Shown one piece after another: positions 7,978 to 16,992 of a DNA stretch of 48,533 nt. Source of the stretch: a virus (lineage: Duplodnaviria; Caudoviricetes). Position numbers and translations under genes: made by a program. The stretch covers positions 1 to 48,533 of IMG/VR virus record IMGVR_UViG_3300036778_000214; one strand, 5' to 3'. How positions within the stretch are numbered: the stretch's first letter is position 1; every line of letters starts with the position of its first letter. The notes beneath the pieces are model-generated. The model made no database searches and was not told where the DNA came from. It saw only the letters and a program-made list of their open reading frames with translations.

Positions 7978-10914
7978 TTACATTGCCGCCAGCGCTTCGA
8001 AACGGCGCAGGTCGAAATCGTTGAGCTGGTCTGTGTAGTCTTCCGATATCGGAGCAGGCCAGTTGTTCGTCATCATGGCGTCGTTAATCTGGCGCAGCGT
8101 TCGACGGTATTCGAGACGGCCTAACTCCAGGAGGTCTGCGGATGCTTCCACGACAGCTACCCAGTGATAGCCGGGATCCTTGTTCACAAAAATCCAGAAA
8201 AATTGGTCGAGATTTGCCACGTCGCAGTACATTGCGGCACTCAGGTGGTAATCGCGTTCGATGATTTCCCGATGTAGACGGTCACGCAGGCGTTCCTGCT
8301 TCACGTTGCCCATGCTAATAGTTTTCAGATCGCCGCCGAGGCGAGCATGTGGGAGCTGAATTTCGAGATCCGGACGAACGCGTATTTCGAGTCCTGTCTC
8401 GTCGTCAAATCCGAAGTAGCTGACTTCAGACTCGCGTTTCTCGTGGTTGAGTAGTCGGCTTGCGCTCGGGTGAGCGAACACGGCCTTTTCGATTTCTTTG
8501 ACCTGTTGATACATGTCCAGGCTGATGTAAGTGCGCCCGGCGCGGATCCGTTCCTGTTCAGCATCGAAGTCTTCCTGCAACACAGCGTCAGGTCGAAGGA
8601 CTCGCACTATTTCAGCCAGTTGTGCGCGGCTGCCGCTGACGTTGTAAGGTTGCGGTTTGCCGCGTTCCGCGTCCGCCAGCTCCGGTGCGACGGTACCGAT
8701 TTGGTCCAGTAATTGCTCGCGGCTGCCGCTTGTTTTGAGCAGCGGAGGAAGGCTGGCGTTGTACTCTTTGATGCATGCCTTTTGCAGGGTAGCGGTGTGT
8801 TTCGTACCGTCAGGAATGCGCTGAAACTCCTCTGGAAGCGACATGTAAAGCAACCCGGTTTCGTCTGCGTTGGCGCTCAGAGATAGTGGCGGTGTCAAAT
8901 CATTGTTATACGCCTCGATCCACGCCTTCATTTCCTCTGGAGTCATTACGGCAGGCAGGCTGTCGTTGTACTCCTTGATGATTGCGGTCATGTCCGCCGT
9001 CGTGCGAATCAGGTCTTCCGGCGGTGTAATCGGGACGGCATATTCCGCATCGATTTTCCCAGCTTCCAGAATGAACGCATGCGAGTGTCCGCCGAACAGA
9101 AACGCTTTAGTTTCTTCGCGTGGAATAGTTTTCTCAACGTGGCGGGAGCCGTAATACATCAGGCTGATTCTTGCGTCTTTCAGCATAGTGCTGCTGATAC
9201 CGCGAGCGGCGTGGTAAACCTCGTTCGGCACGTTCTCGTAGCGGCCCGGCTCGAAAACGGTAGGCCATTGCTGAACTGGATCCGGTTCGATTTCTGCCGA
9301 ATGTGGTTCAATCTGGTCAACAACTGGCTCGCCTTGGTTCGCGCCAGCGTTATTTTGGTTCGGATCCGTACTTTTCTGGTTCGCCAGGCTAGGCGCGTGC
9401 GCTGCCAAAATCTCAGCGGGTGTAAGCTCTACGGTAGTTTTTTCCGCGTTTTTGCCTTCACAATTTTCGCCTGATGGCAGCGCATCACCAGTCTGTTTTT
9501 CCTCAATATCAGCTTCTTGACTCTGCACATCGTCGAAGGTCTCCACTTCATTTTCGGTTTCATCAATACCAAAATTCGCCAGCGCTTCCTCATCAGAAAG
9601 CTGCTTCGACATTGGCATAGGCATTGAGGATCGGCCGCAAGCGATATCCACCACTAATTCGTCAGGGTTCGCGTGATCAGTTTCGGTCATCACACGATTG
9701 AGATGCTCGCGGTGGCGGGGCGCATTTTTCCACAAACCTTCCGGTGTTGTTTTCACTGTGGCAATGTTGCAGGCGCGAGAAAAATCGAGACTGCCGGGCA
9801 TAGATTTGAACAATTCGACTGTGGCCACAAACTCCGCATCGTCGCGTTTGTTCAGCATGGCATTGGCCTGTGAGTCGATTTCCATCGGCACGTTATAGAT
9901 ATTGAATTCGAACTTGCGGGCCAGGAGCCCGTAAGCGATTTCGCATTCCTGTGCGATTGGGGTAAGGGGAGTCAGGCGATCAGTTTTATTACCGCCGCCA
10001 GCATTCGCACCTGATGGAGTGCGCTGCACGGAAGAAATACGGTTGCCGGCGGCCCATTCGCGTACCAGAATCCCGCGATCGATATGTTCGGCGTTGAGCC
10101 AGACCGCAGTAAATTTGAGAAGGGTGGATAACTCCTGCCGCTTATCTCTTGGAAACACTTTTTTAACGGCCTGGGTATATTTCCATAAGCCCGGAAGGTT
10201 GAATTTTTTGAGTTTTTCATGTTGCGATGCAGCAAGCAAAAGGTTCTGGACGTAGCTATTGTCTGTGTCCATTTCCATCTTGCCCAAGGCGCAACGCTGC
10301 TCCCAGGTGTACTCTGTTACATGCTTTTCGTCGGAAACGAGTTGGGCCAGGAGTTGCTGATTGAAACTGACAAGTGGCAGGCTATAGACACTCTCACCTG
10401 TGCTTGAAGTTCTGCGGACGGCTGTTTCGTCATCAGGTTCAGAGTCTACGCCGTCGTCTTCATCATCAATGACAATGCCATTTTCGACGGTGACGGTAGC
10501 AGTCTCATCAACGCTGCCGGCATTATCCACACCAACTATTTCGCCAGTCTCTATGTCCCTGATGATGTCGCGGCCTTCTACTACCTTTTCGCCTGCCGGT
10601 GGCAGCGGCTCTGCGCCGGGGATGAGCTGGAACGTCATTCCATCTTCACCCAACTGATAACGGTCGCAAAATGTTGTACTGAACACACCCTCATCCGGCA
10701 GGTCGTCCACAACAGGCAAGTTCACGCGGATAGCTTTGGCGAAATCCTCGTCGTTGTAGCCCGCGTCATCCATAGCCAGTGCCATACGGGATTGGGCGAG
10801 GCTCTCTTTTTTGCTGGTACACCAGAAGAACGCGGCTTTGATGTTCAGGCGCTTCCGCGCGGCTTCGTTCTTTACTTTTTGGTACAGGGCAATTTCTTGC
10901 GGCATGTCACTCAT
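7978..10914 (-). CDS. recE: RecE exodeoxyribonuclease VIII
   Basis: Large protein with a C-terminal PD-(D/E)XK domain (ISSTMLK, RVRPD, DLKT, YHLSAAMY); adjacent to recT. Confidence 0.93.
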   Translation of the reverse strand: MSDMPQEIALYQKVKNEAARKRLNIKAAFFWCTSKKESLAQSRMALAMDDAGYNDEDFAKAIRVNLPVVDDLPDEGVFSTTFCDRYQLGEDGMTFQLIPGAEPLPPAGEKVVEGRDIIRDIETGEIVGVDNAGSVDETATVTVENGIVIDDEDDGVDSEPDDETAVRRTSSTGESVYSLPLVSFNQQLLAQLVSDEKHVTEYTWEQRCALGKMEMDTDNSYVQNLLLAASQHEKLKKFNLPGLWKYTQAVKKVFPRDKRQELSTLLKFTAVWLNAEHIDRGILVREWAAGNRISSVQRTPSGANAGGGNKTDRLTPLTPIAQECEIAYGLLARKFEFNIYNVPMEIDSQANAMLNKRDDAEFVATVELFKSMPGSLDFSRACNIATVKTTPEGLWKNAPRHREHLNRVMTETDHANPDELVVDIACGRSSMPMPMSKQLSDEEALANFGIDETENEVETFDDVQSQEADIEEKQTGDALPSGENCEGKNAEKTTVELTPAEILAAHAPSLANQKSTDPNQNNAGANQGEPVVDQIEPHSAEIEPDPVQQWPTVFEPGRYENVPNEVYHAARGISSTMLKDARISLMYYGSRHVEKTIPREETKAFLFGGHSHAFILEAGKIDAEYAVPITPPEDLIRTTADMTAIIKEYNDSLPAVMTPEEMKAWIEAYNNDLTPPLSLSANADETGLLYMSLPEEFQRIPDGTKHTATLQKACIKEYNASLPPLLKTSGSREQLLDQIGTVAPELADAERGKPQPYNVSGSRAQLAEIVRVLRPDAVLQEDFDAEQERIRAGRTYISLDMYQQVKEIEKAVFAHPSASRLLNHEKRESEVSYFGFDDETGLEIRVRPDLEIQLPHARLGGDLKTISMGNVKQERLRDRLHREIIERDYHLSAAMYCDVANLDQFFWIFVNKDPGYHWVAVVEASADLLELGRLEYRRTLRQINDAMMTNNWPAPISEDYTDQLNDFDLRRFEALAAM

Positions 10915-11046
10915 TACTTTTTTCCTCAATCCGTTGTAGAATGAAGGCGATCATTGTTCGCCTTCTTCTCGTTGGTGGTCAGTGGTCATGTCTCTGCTGG
11001 TCGGTTTGGTCGCCGGCCTGCACATCGAGAGATGTTAAATCTGGAA

Positions 11047-11379
11047 TCAGCCCGCCTCGTGCGGGCTTTTTTCGTTTTTAGCCAGCAGGGCAGCAACCAG
11101 AAGAATTCCGAGTACCCCCAGGCCACCTGCATCTTTTGAACTGACATAAATACCGTCATCACCGCAGTGATGTTTAGTCAGGGCTTTAACCGCGTGCTCA
11201 GTGCAGCAGTAATCGCCCAACAACGTTCCGTCGAGAAGAACTATTGATTGTTTTTGTGTTTCGCGGTTTTCTTCTTTGTTTTCGCAAATATAACCGACCA
11301 TCTCATCATTAATGATGGCCTCGGAAACTGATGGGAAAACGGTATTAATGGTTTTAAGTTGAACGATGATGCTTTCCAT
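11047..11379 (-). CDS. Hypothetical protein with C-terminal hydrophobic segment
   Basis: AGAGG RBS before the ATG at 11379; 110 aa. Confidence 0.6.
   Translation of the reverse strand: MESIIVQLKTINTVFPSVSEAIINDEMVGYICENKEENRETQKQSIVLLDGTLLGDYCCTEHAVKALTKHHCGDDGIYVSSKDAGGLGVLGILLVAALLAKNEKSPHEAG
11049..11072 (+). terminator. Intrinsic terminator oriented on the plus strand
   Basis: agcccgc-ctcgt-gcgggct followed by a T run. Confidence 0.6.
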
Positions 11380-11568
11380 ATATAGCCTCTTTTCAGGTAA
11401 TAGAATCCCATGCCATTGCTGGCACATATTTTTTGCAACATTGGAAAGTGCCATTTATTTGACACTTTCAGATGTCGCAATGAATAACAGGTCGCCGGAG
11501 ATTCGAGGCCGTGCGTAATCACGACTACCCTCGCTGTTATTATTGCCCGCTGGCTGCGGAAACTTTAC

Positions 11569-11733
11569 TTATGGCTCATGCGCCATGCGGTCGCATTCAG
11601 CGCACCGGGCGCTACAGTATTCCCGGTCTTCTGTAACCATCACACGGCCTGACAACAGACGCAGGGTAGATTGCACCGCTTTGTTTTTATCGACTAACTT
11701 CTGGCACAGGCCATAAGCACATTTAATTTTCAT
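11569..11733 (-). CDS. YdaE-like small Zn-binding protein (not in ORF track)
   Basis: Translated by hand as MKIKCAYGLCQKLV...EYCSARCAECDRMAHEP*; same position as Rac ydaE, between kil and recE. Confidence 0.75.
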   Translation of the reverse strand: MKIKCAYGLCQKLVDKNKAVQSTLRLLSGRVMVTEDREYCSARCAECDRMAHEP

Positions 11734-11746
11734 TTCGGTATCTCTT

Positions 11747-11947
11747 TCAGTGGACTATTTCTGGTTCACCATCTTTTCCAAGAACAACCTCAATAAACTC
11801 ATCGGTTATTTTTATTTTTTCAAACAGCGTGAAAACGTATAAACCTTTATCTTGTGGATTAGCCGAAGCCTTCCATGTTCTTTTTTGATGTATAATTGTC
11901 ATCCCAGGACGGACGTCAGCGCGAGGGAGTTTTCGTGTGCCGTACAT
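11747..11947 (-). CDS. kilR: Kil (Rac KilR-like) cell-division inhibitor
   Basis: YGTRKLPRADVRPGMTIIHQKRTWKASAN...ITDEFIEVVLGKDGEP parallels Rac KilR; GGAGG RBS. Confidence 0.75.
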   Translation of the reverse strand: MYGTRKLPRADVRPGMTIIHQKRTWKASANPQDKGLYVFTLFEKIKITDEFIEVVLGKDGEPEIVH

Positions 11948-12016
11948 ATAAGCATCCTCCACAAAAAAATTAGTGCGGTAGCCATTTGTGATGTTTCTGC
12001 ATAGATAGCGATTCCT

Positions 12017-12298
12017 CTATTCAATCCAGTGTACTTTCCAGCCCCGGCTCTCCAAATATTCTGCAATTTCCTGAGTAACCAGTTCATCCAGGACATCGAT
12101 CATCTTATTGTTATTGCTTATCCAGGTAGCAACACTGTCAGTGCCGATTACTTCAAGAATTGAGTCATCATCATCAATCTCTTCAATCAGGTCAGATAGT
12201 TCAACACCATCGATTTCCACACGAACATTTCGATAGTCATCTGGTTTGATAACGACGTCTGAACCATTTACTTCAAAGCTGATTTTTTCCATGGTCAT
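12017..12298 (-). CDS. Acidic hypothetical phage protein
   Basis: 93-aa ORF starting within the repeated GAGACATGACCA motif. Confidence 0.7.
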   Translation of the reverse strand: MTMEKISFEVNGSDVVIKPDDYRNVRVEIDGVELSDLIEEIDDDDSILEVIGTDSVATWISNNNKMIDVLDELVTQEIAEYLESRGWKVHWIE

Positions 12299-12328
12299 GT
12301 CTCTGCTGTTAATTAAACAAATTTTACG

Positions 12329-12452
12329 GTGTGGTGCCGGGTGCCTCCCGGTGGCGGCAACCAGTTAACAATCACCACCGATCACTTTTCCACCCACAAC
12401 AATAAGGGATTGTGTTTAACTGAACCGCGTGCGCTAAGCCGCATTCACAACA
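12329..12452. ncRNA. Structured non-coding element of the early leftward operon
   Basis: Intergenic; hairpin ccgggtgcctcccgg and long stem cagttaacaatc...gattgtgtttaactg; GGTGCCGGGTGCCTCCCGGTG is a motif I recognise from other lambdoid prophages. Confidence 0.5.
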
Positions 12453-12475
12453 CCTCAAAATTTGCTTTATTTATT

Positions 12476-13018
12476 CTATTTCCAGCAAGATGCTCGTTGT
12501 TCTATTTCCATAACAGTAAGACTTTCTAGAGGTACCGAAGTGGTGCCGTTGCGATAGACCAGAATTGAACGAACTCCGTCATTCTCGCCTTTATAGTCCT
12601 GATGTGTATGCTTCCAAATCGCGTCCAGCTTTCTCTGTCTCTGGGAGTTGTACACTTCATCAGCTTCGATAATGTGGCGTGCCCGCTCCCATGCAATTGA
12701 GATGATTTCCACCTGTTGCTGGCGGGTTCTGGAGTGAAACAAGCACCAGCGATTGCGTAGCCAATCGAAGCGTTTGTTTTCTTCCAGCGCTTCGGAATGA
12801 ACCATCGTTACTACTATTTTTCGGAAAAGTAAGCTCGCAGAAGCCCAGGAATCTCTATCGTTTGAAATCAATTTCAATGAGGCATCGATCAATTCATTAT
12901 TTTGCAGCGCTTCATAGCGTGCTTTTGCAATCAATTGACGTTGCCAGTCTGGGTTGGTGTAAAAATCAAATTGTTCATCCATGTCCAGCGCTTCGATTTT
13001 TGTGATTGAATTGGTCAT
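12476..13018 (-). CDS. Hypothetical phage protein
   Basis: 180-aa ORF; start directly follows a motif copy. Confidence 0.7.
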   Translation of the reverse strand: MTNSITKIEALDMDEQFDFYTNPDWQRQLIAKARYEALQNNELIDASLKLISNDRDSWASASLLFRKIVVTMVHSEALEENKRFDWLRNRWCLFHSRTRQQQVEIISIAWERARHIIEADEVYNSQRQRKLDAIWKHTHQDYKGENDGVRSILVYRNGTTSVPLESLTVMEIEQRASCWK

Positions 13019-13045
13019 TTGGTCATGTCTCTGTTGGTGGGTTTG

Positions 13046-13474
13046 TTACGCCGCGTTTGGGGCGATCATGTTGAACAAGTGCTCACGAACGCGCAGGCGT
13101 TTATGTTCTGGCATCGCAAGGTATTCCTTGCCGATGGAGATTTGCTTTTCGAAATACTCAGTGATTGCTGCGGTAATAAGATCGGTCATCTTCGGGGAGC
13201 CGCTAAGCAGCATGTGAAGTTCTGTGGGGTTGTGTGCCATGCGATCCATCAGGTTTGAAGCAATTCGGCGGCCATGCGGGATGAAGTCAATCAACTGCTG
13301 GAAGTCAGGGGAGAGGGCGTTCTCGCCGTCTTCGTCAACTGCGGTGTATTTTTCGCCACGGAGCGCAGCTTCACGAACCAAATTCTCTGCTGCCGTGATG
13401 GCATCTGCTTCTGGGATGCAGGCCGGGATGATTTCTACAACTTCGGACTTCTGGTTCAGGATGGTGATTTGCAT
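13046..13474 (-). CDS. Hypothetical phage protein, first gene after the putative leftward promoter
   Basis: GAGG RBS before the ATG at 13474. Confidence 0.7.
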   Translation of the reverse strand: MQITILNQKSEVVEIIPACIPEADAITAAENLVREAALRGEKYTAVDEDGENALSPDFQQLIDFIPHGRRIASNLMDRMAHNPTELHMLLSGSPKMTDLITAAITEYFEKQISIGKEYLAMPEHKRLRVREHLFNMIAPNAA

Positions 13475-13480
13475 TTTTAG

Positions 13481-13570
13481 TAACCTCATAGTTAGAAAAA
13501 ATTTCCATGAGGTTATTTTAGCAATAATTACCTTTCAGTAAAGATAAATTTACCAGAAATGGTAAATAAA
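13481..13570 (-). promoter_or_regulatory. Putative leftward promoter/operator region with RBS-sequestering hairpin
   Basis: Minus-strand TTTACT-N16-TAAAAT; palindrome atttacc-agaaat-ggtaaat; 9-bp inverted repeat taacctcat/atgaggtta at 13481-13515. Confidence 0.5.
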
Positions 13571-13795
13571 TTATCTTTTGGTATTTGCTTTGCTTGCTTC
13601 ATCAAATGGGTCCTCCCCCTCCATTTCGAGGCGGATCAGTCCATTTAAGACTATTTTCCGAACCATTTTTGATGAAACAACCATTGGGTCTTTGATCATT
13701 TCTGCGATCATTGTCTCAGTTAAAGGATATTCAGATTTTTTATCATTTTTTTCAGTAACCATGTATTTTTCAAAGAGTTTTCTCAGAAATTTCAT
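13571..13795 (-). CDS. Small hypothetical protein downstream of Q
   Basis: 74 aa, GAGG RBS, AT-rich. Confidence 0.6.
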   Translation of the reverse strand: MKFLRKLFEKYMVTEKNDKKSEYPLTETMIAEMIKDPMVVSSKMVRKIVLNGLIRLEMEGEDPFDEASKANTKR

Positions 13796-13851
13796 AGGAA
13801 CCTCATATGTTGAAATTGGTATGTATTCGCAGGAGAATGCATTCTCTTATT

Positions 13852-14487
13852 CTACTCATGAGGTTCTTGGCGGGGAGGGTGCAATTCAGTAATCAGATTG
13901 TAACTTTGCTCAGCTATCGCTTCTTGTCGATAGCACCATGCAATGAGTGTCTGATAGAGCGGTGACCAGCGTCTTGAGTAAGTGGGTTGTGAAAGGCTGA
14001 TAATTTTCAATAATGCGTGGTGGCACCTGGTTTCTGTCAGTGGACGTAGTCCTGAGCCTTTGCATCGTGGGCATTTTTTTACCGCCAGATTTTTTTTGTT
14101 TTTCGCGATAGCTACTGTTCCTGTGCCACCACAACGGCATTTTGCACCGGGGGTATCTGATGTGCGGCAAAATTCCTCCAGTGCAAGTGTAGACAGAATC
14201 ATAAAAGCTTCACGCGGAGTATTCCTGCCGTTTTTTGGGATGAACTGACCTGCGACAGAAGCAGCATAGGCATCAATGCCGGCCAGGGCAGTTGAAGCCG
14301 CATGCATATCTTTTGTGTATTTTGCATAAATCAGCGCGAGTCCGTATCGACAGCGCGATTGAGTAATCCCCAACGAGATCACTATATCGTCACGGGTAAG
14401 ATGACTATTGCCCGTTGATCGAGCTTGATAGGAGACGATTTGTGCGGACTTGGGATCTCCGATCGTAATAGCGTATTTTAGTCTCAT
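13852..14487 (-). CDS. Q: Lambda-Q-family antitermination protein
   Basis: MRLKYAIT..DPKS...LTRDDIVISLG..QSR N-terminus and CRCGGTG...CPRCKGSG zinc finger, as in lambda Q. Confidence 0.85.
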   Translation of the reverse strand: MRLKYAITIGDPKSAQIVSYQARSTGNSHLTRDDIVISLGITQSRCRYGLALIYAKYTKDMHAASTALAGIDAYAASVAGQFIPKNGRNTPREAFMILSTLALEEFCRTSDTPGAKCRCGGTGTVAIAKNKKNLAVKKCPRCKGSGLRPLTETRCHHALLKIISLSQPTYSRRWSPLYQTLIAWCYRQEAIAEQSYNLITELHPPRQEPHE

Positions 14488-14488
14488 T

Positions 14489-16192
14489 TTACTTTTTCCA
14501 CTGCCGCTCTGCGGTCAGAATTACCACTGACACGCTTGTCCCTATAAATTCGCCTGATCTTGGTTCTGACCATGTGCAGTTCCACTCAGAAGAGAGAACG
14601 TCGTTTCCTCGCATGCTTGCGGGCAGAATAGCGACAATTCGCGATCCTGTTTTTGTCATTTCAGCTGCGGCATGCAGATGGGCTAAAGCGCGACCGTCAG
14701 CAAAAGGCGGGTTCATTATGATGCGATCAAAACAACCTCCGTGAGCAGCCCATTTCAGGAAATCAGCCTCATAGACCCGTAACCCTTTGCTTTCGAGCAC
14801 TTGGCATTTGAGAGGTGAAACTTCGACACAAATTGTCTGATCAACCGGCATAAACTCGGCGATACCTCCGTGTCCGGCGCTAGGCTCCAGGCACGTATGA
14901 CCCGGTTCGATACCGGCCATTTGCACGCAGTATTCAGCCAGTTCTGGTGGGGTGGGGTAGAACTGGTGAGATTTATCATCGGGCACGCAACCGGACGCGA
15001 TTATTTCCGCCAGCACCCGCGTTGGATCATATTCGAACTCCCACCATGACCAGTTTCCGCTATAGAACTTGGTGCCGCCAACCGAGGAGAGGATGCGCTC
15101 AGATTCCTTCCGAACATGAAGATCCGCTTCAGAACCGCAAAAAACCCGGTTGAAAGGGTTGGTGGTTTTTGGCTCTATCGGGTCACCACCGCGAAATCCC
15201 TGAGTTGGTTTGTACTTATCAATCTCCAGACGACACATGTCGTGTAGAACGGCAACAGGAAGAACATTTTGCATCAACACAAAATCTTTGATTTTTTTCT
15301 TCGATTTAGCGCGGAATTCAGGCGGGATAGCCATCGGGTACAGACTCGCCAAAATATTGTTGAGTCGCCAGGCAATGTCTGGATGCACCTCAAAGTGTGC
15401 GGTGCCTTTCAGGTAGGCTTTGATGCGCATCTCGCCGCCATCAATAGTCATCCATTCACCGGGATAATTACGTGCGGCCTGTAGCGCCTTGTTTGTCAGT
15501 TCGAATGATGGTTCCGGTCGCCCCATGAACTTAGCGATGACCTGTCGCAAATCGAGCACATGATTGACCTGCTTGTAGTTCGTCATTCCCCACTGGTCGT
15601 ACACATCGGACAGGATCATGTACTTGCTGAAACCACTAGGGCGGTTCGTTACATGTTCGCCAGACAATGCGCGGAAAATACCATCCACACGTTCACTGAA
15701 AAATTTGGCGCGAGAGTTGAGCATATCCATGAGCGTTGCTCTGACTGTTTCCTCTTCAAATTCAGGCAGAGGCTCCAGAGTCCATTCTTTCTGGATTTCT
15801 CCGGATTTCAGCTCAAAATGATTGAGTCGCGGGGCTTTGATGCCCTGGGGATTATCGATCTGTTCACGCCACTGTTCCCGACGCTTGGCTGGCATGACAT
15901 CAAGTACGTCGGTCAGCAGTAGCGCTCTCTGCCAGTATGTCGCATTCAGGTGACTTATCGCACCCTCCCGAGCGAATAGGTCGCTAATCGCAGGAAAACT
16001 CCTGAAACGTTCGCCACGGCGGTTTCCACTCATGAAGTGTTCTATTGCCACTTGAGCGTCGTTATCGCTAAGAATCGCCGCTAAGGACTCGATTTTTTGG
16101 CGTTCGAGTGTATACCTACCCATCAGGTTGTCCACCAGGTCGCTTGGTGCGGGTGCGAAAAATTCGCCGGTATTAAATACTTCGCTGGTCAT
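14489..16192 (-). CDS. DUF4942-domain class I SAM-dependent (N6-adenine) DNA methyltransferase
   Basis: C-terminal QFYPTP, LEPSAGHG and IIMNPPF motifs; long N-terminal DUF4942-like region; ATG at 16192 follows the O stop. Confidence 0.82.
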   Translation of the reverse strand: MTSEVFNTGEFFAPAPSDLVDNLMGRYTLERQKIESLAAILSDNDAQVAIEHFMSGNRRGERFRSFPAISDLFAREGAISHLNATYWQRALLLTDVLDVMPAKRREQWREQIDNPQGIKAPRLNHFELKSGEIQKEWTLEPLPEFEEETVRATLMDMLNSRAKFFSERVDGIFRALSGEHVTNRPSGFSKYMILSDVYDQWGMTNYKQVNHVLDLRQVIAKFMGRPEPSFELTNKALQAARNYPGEWMTIDGGEMRIKAYLKGTAHFEVHPDIAWRLNNILASLYPMAIPPEFRAKSKKKIKDFVLMQNVLPVAVLHDMCRLEIDKYKPTQGFRGGDPIEPKTTNPFNRVFCGSEADLHVRKESERILSSVGGTKFYSGNWSWWEFEYDPTRVLAEIIASGCVPDDKSHQFYPTPPELAEYCVQMAGIEPGHTCLEPSAGHGGIAEFMPVDQTICVEVSPLKCQVLESKGLRVYEADFLKWAAHGGCFDRIIMNPPFADGRALAHLHAAAEMTKTGSRIVAILPASMRGNDVLSSEWNCTWSEPRSGEFIGTSVSVVILTAERQWKK

Positions 16193-16196
16193 TTGG

Positions 16197-16943
16197 TCAT
16201 GTCTCGTTAAATTTCTTGATCGCCTGGTGCTCAAGGCTTTTGGCGAAAGTCATTTCCCACTGCTCCTGGAAGCGCAGAGCGTCTTCTGGCTGCCAGTAAT
16301 CGCGGAATTGGCGCAGTTGCGCCGGGGTGAATGGGATTTGGTTGTCGAGCAGATGCCCCCATTCGGTGGCTCGTTTCGAAAAGCCGGGAAGGGGATGCCA
16401 GCCTAGATACATTCGAAATTTCCCGGATGGTTCTAGGGCAAAGTTATCCACAGACTGTTCGCGCGCGTTTATGATCTCTCTCTCTGGTTTTAGATCTTTA
16501 TCTTTATCTTTATCTGTTGTGACATGGTGTGACGCATCGTGACATTCGTGTGACATTTCATTTTTATTTCTGCTCTCTTTTTCCCTTTCACGTTGTTCTC
16601 TTTTTCTTTGAGTAGCTGATTTTGCACCAGTTTTTTTATTTCCATGGTCCTCTTTTTTGGGCTGTCTGTGCTCCCATCCGGTGAGGTGCGTTCCGTCTAA
16701 AACACGCCCCTGCATAGCCGAAATTACCGCTTCAATGTCACGATTTGTCACGTCAAAATGTGACGCTAAATCTTCATTCGTGACATTGGCGTGACCGCGT
16801 GTGACATTTTGTGACGCGCTCACCAGCAGATGTAAGTAAACGGCCTGCACCAATGCAATTGGTTGCCCGGAAAATTTGGCGATCGTCCGCCATTTCGGAT
16901 CATTGGGCATGTCATGCCAAAGGCGCAGCCATGTGTTTGCCAT
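16197..16943 (-). CDS. Replication initiator (O-like) with C-terminal DnaT-like domain
   Basis: WLRLWHDMPNDPKWRTIA N-terminus, DKDKDKD linker, KFRMYLGWHP...FRDYW...QWEMTFAKSL C-terminus. Confidence 0.85.
   Translation of the reverse strand: MANTWLRLWHDMPNDPKWRTIAKFSGQPIALVQAVYLHLLVSASQNVTRGHANVTNEDLASHFDVTNRDIEAVISAMQGRVLDGTHLTGWEHRQPKKEDHGNKKTGAKSATQRKREQREREKESRNKNEMSHECHDASHHVTTDKDKDKDLKPEREIINAREQSVDNFALEPSGKFRMYLGWHPLPGFSKRATEWGHLLDNQIPFTPAQLRQFRDYWQPEDALRFQEQWEMTFAKSLEHQAIKKFNET
16519..16816. repeat. Clusters of GTGAC/GTCAC iterons inside the initiator gene (probable ori)
   Basis: Four GTGAC at about 16520-16555 and seven GTGAC/GTCAC at about 16737-16816, flanking an A/T-tract region. 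Confidence 0.65.
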
Positions 16944-16992
16944 AAAAGCCTCGATTACGTAACGCTGTCGGAGTCACGTGATGAAACGTTAG

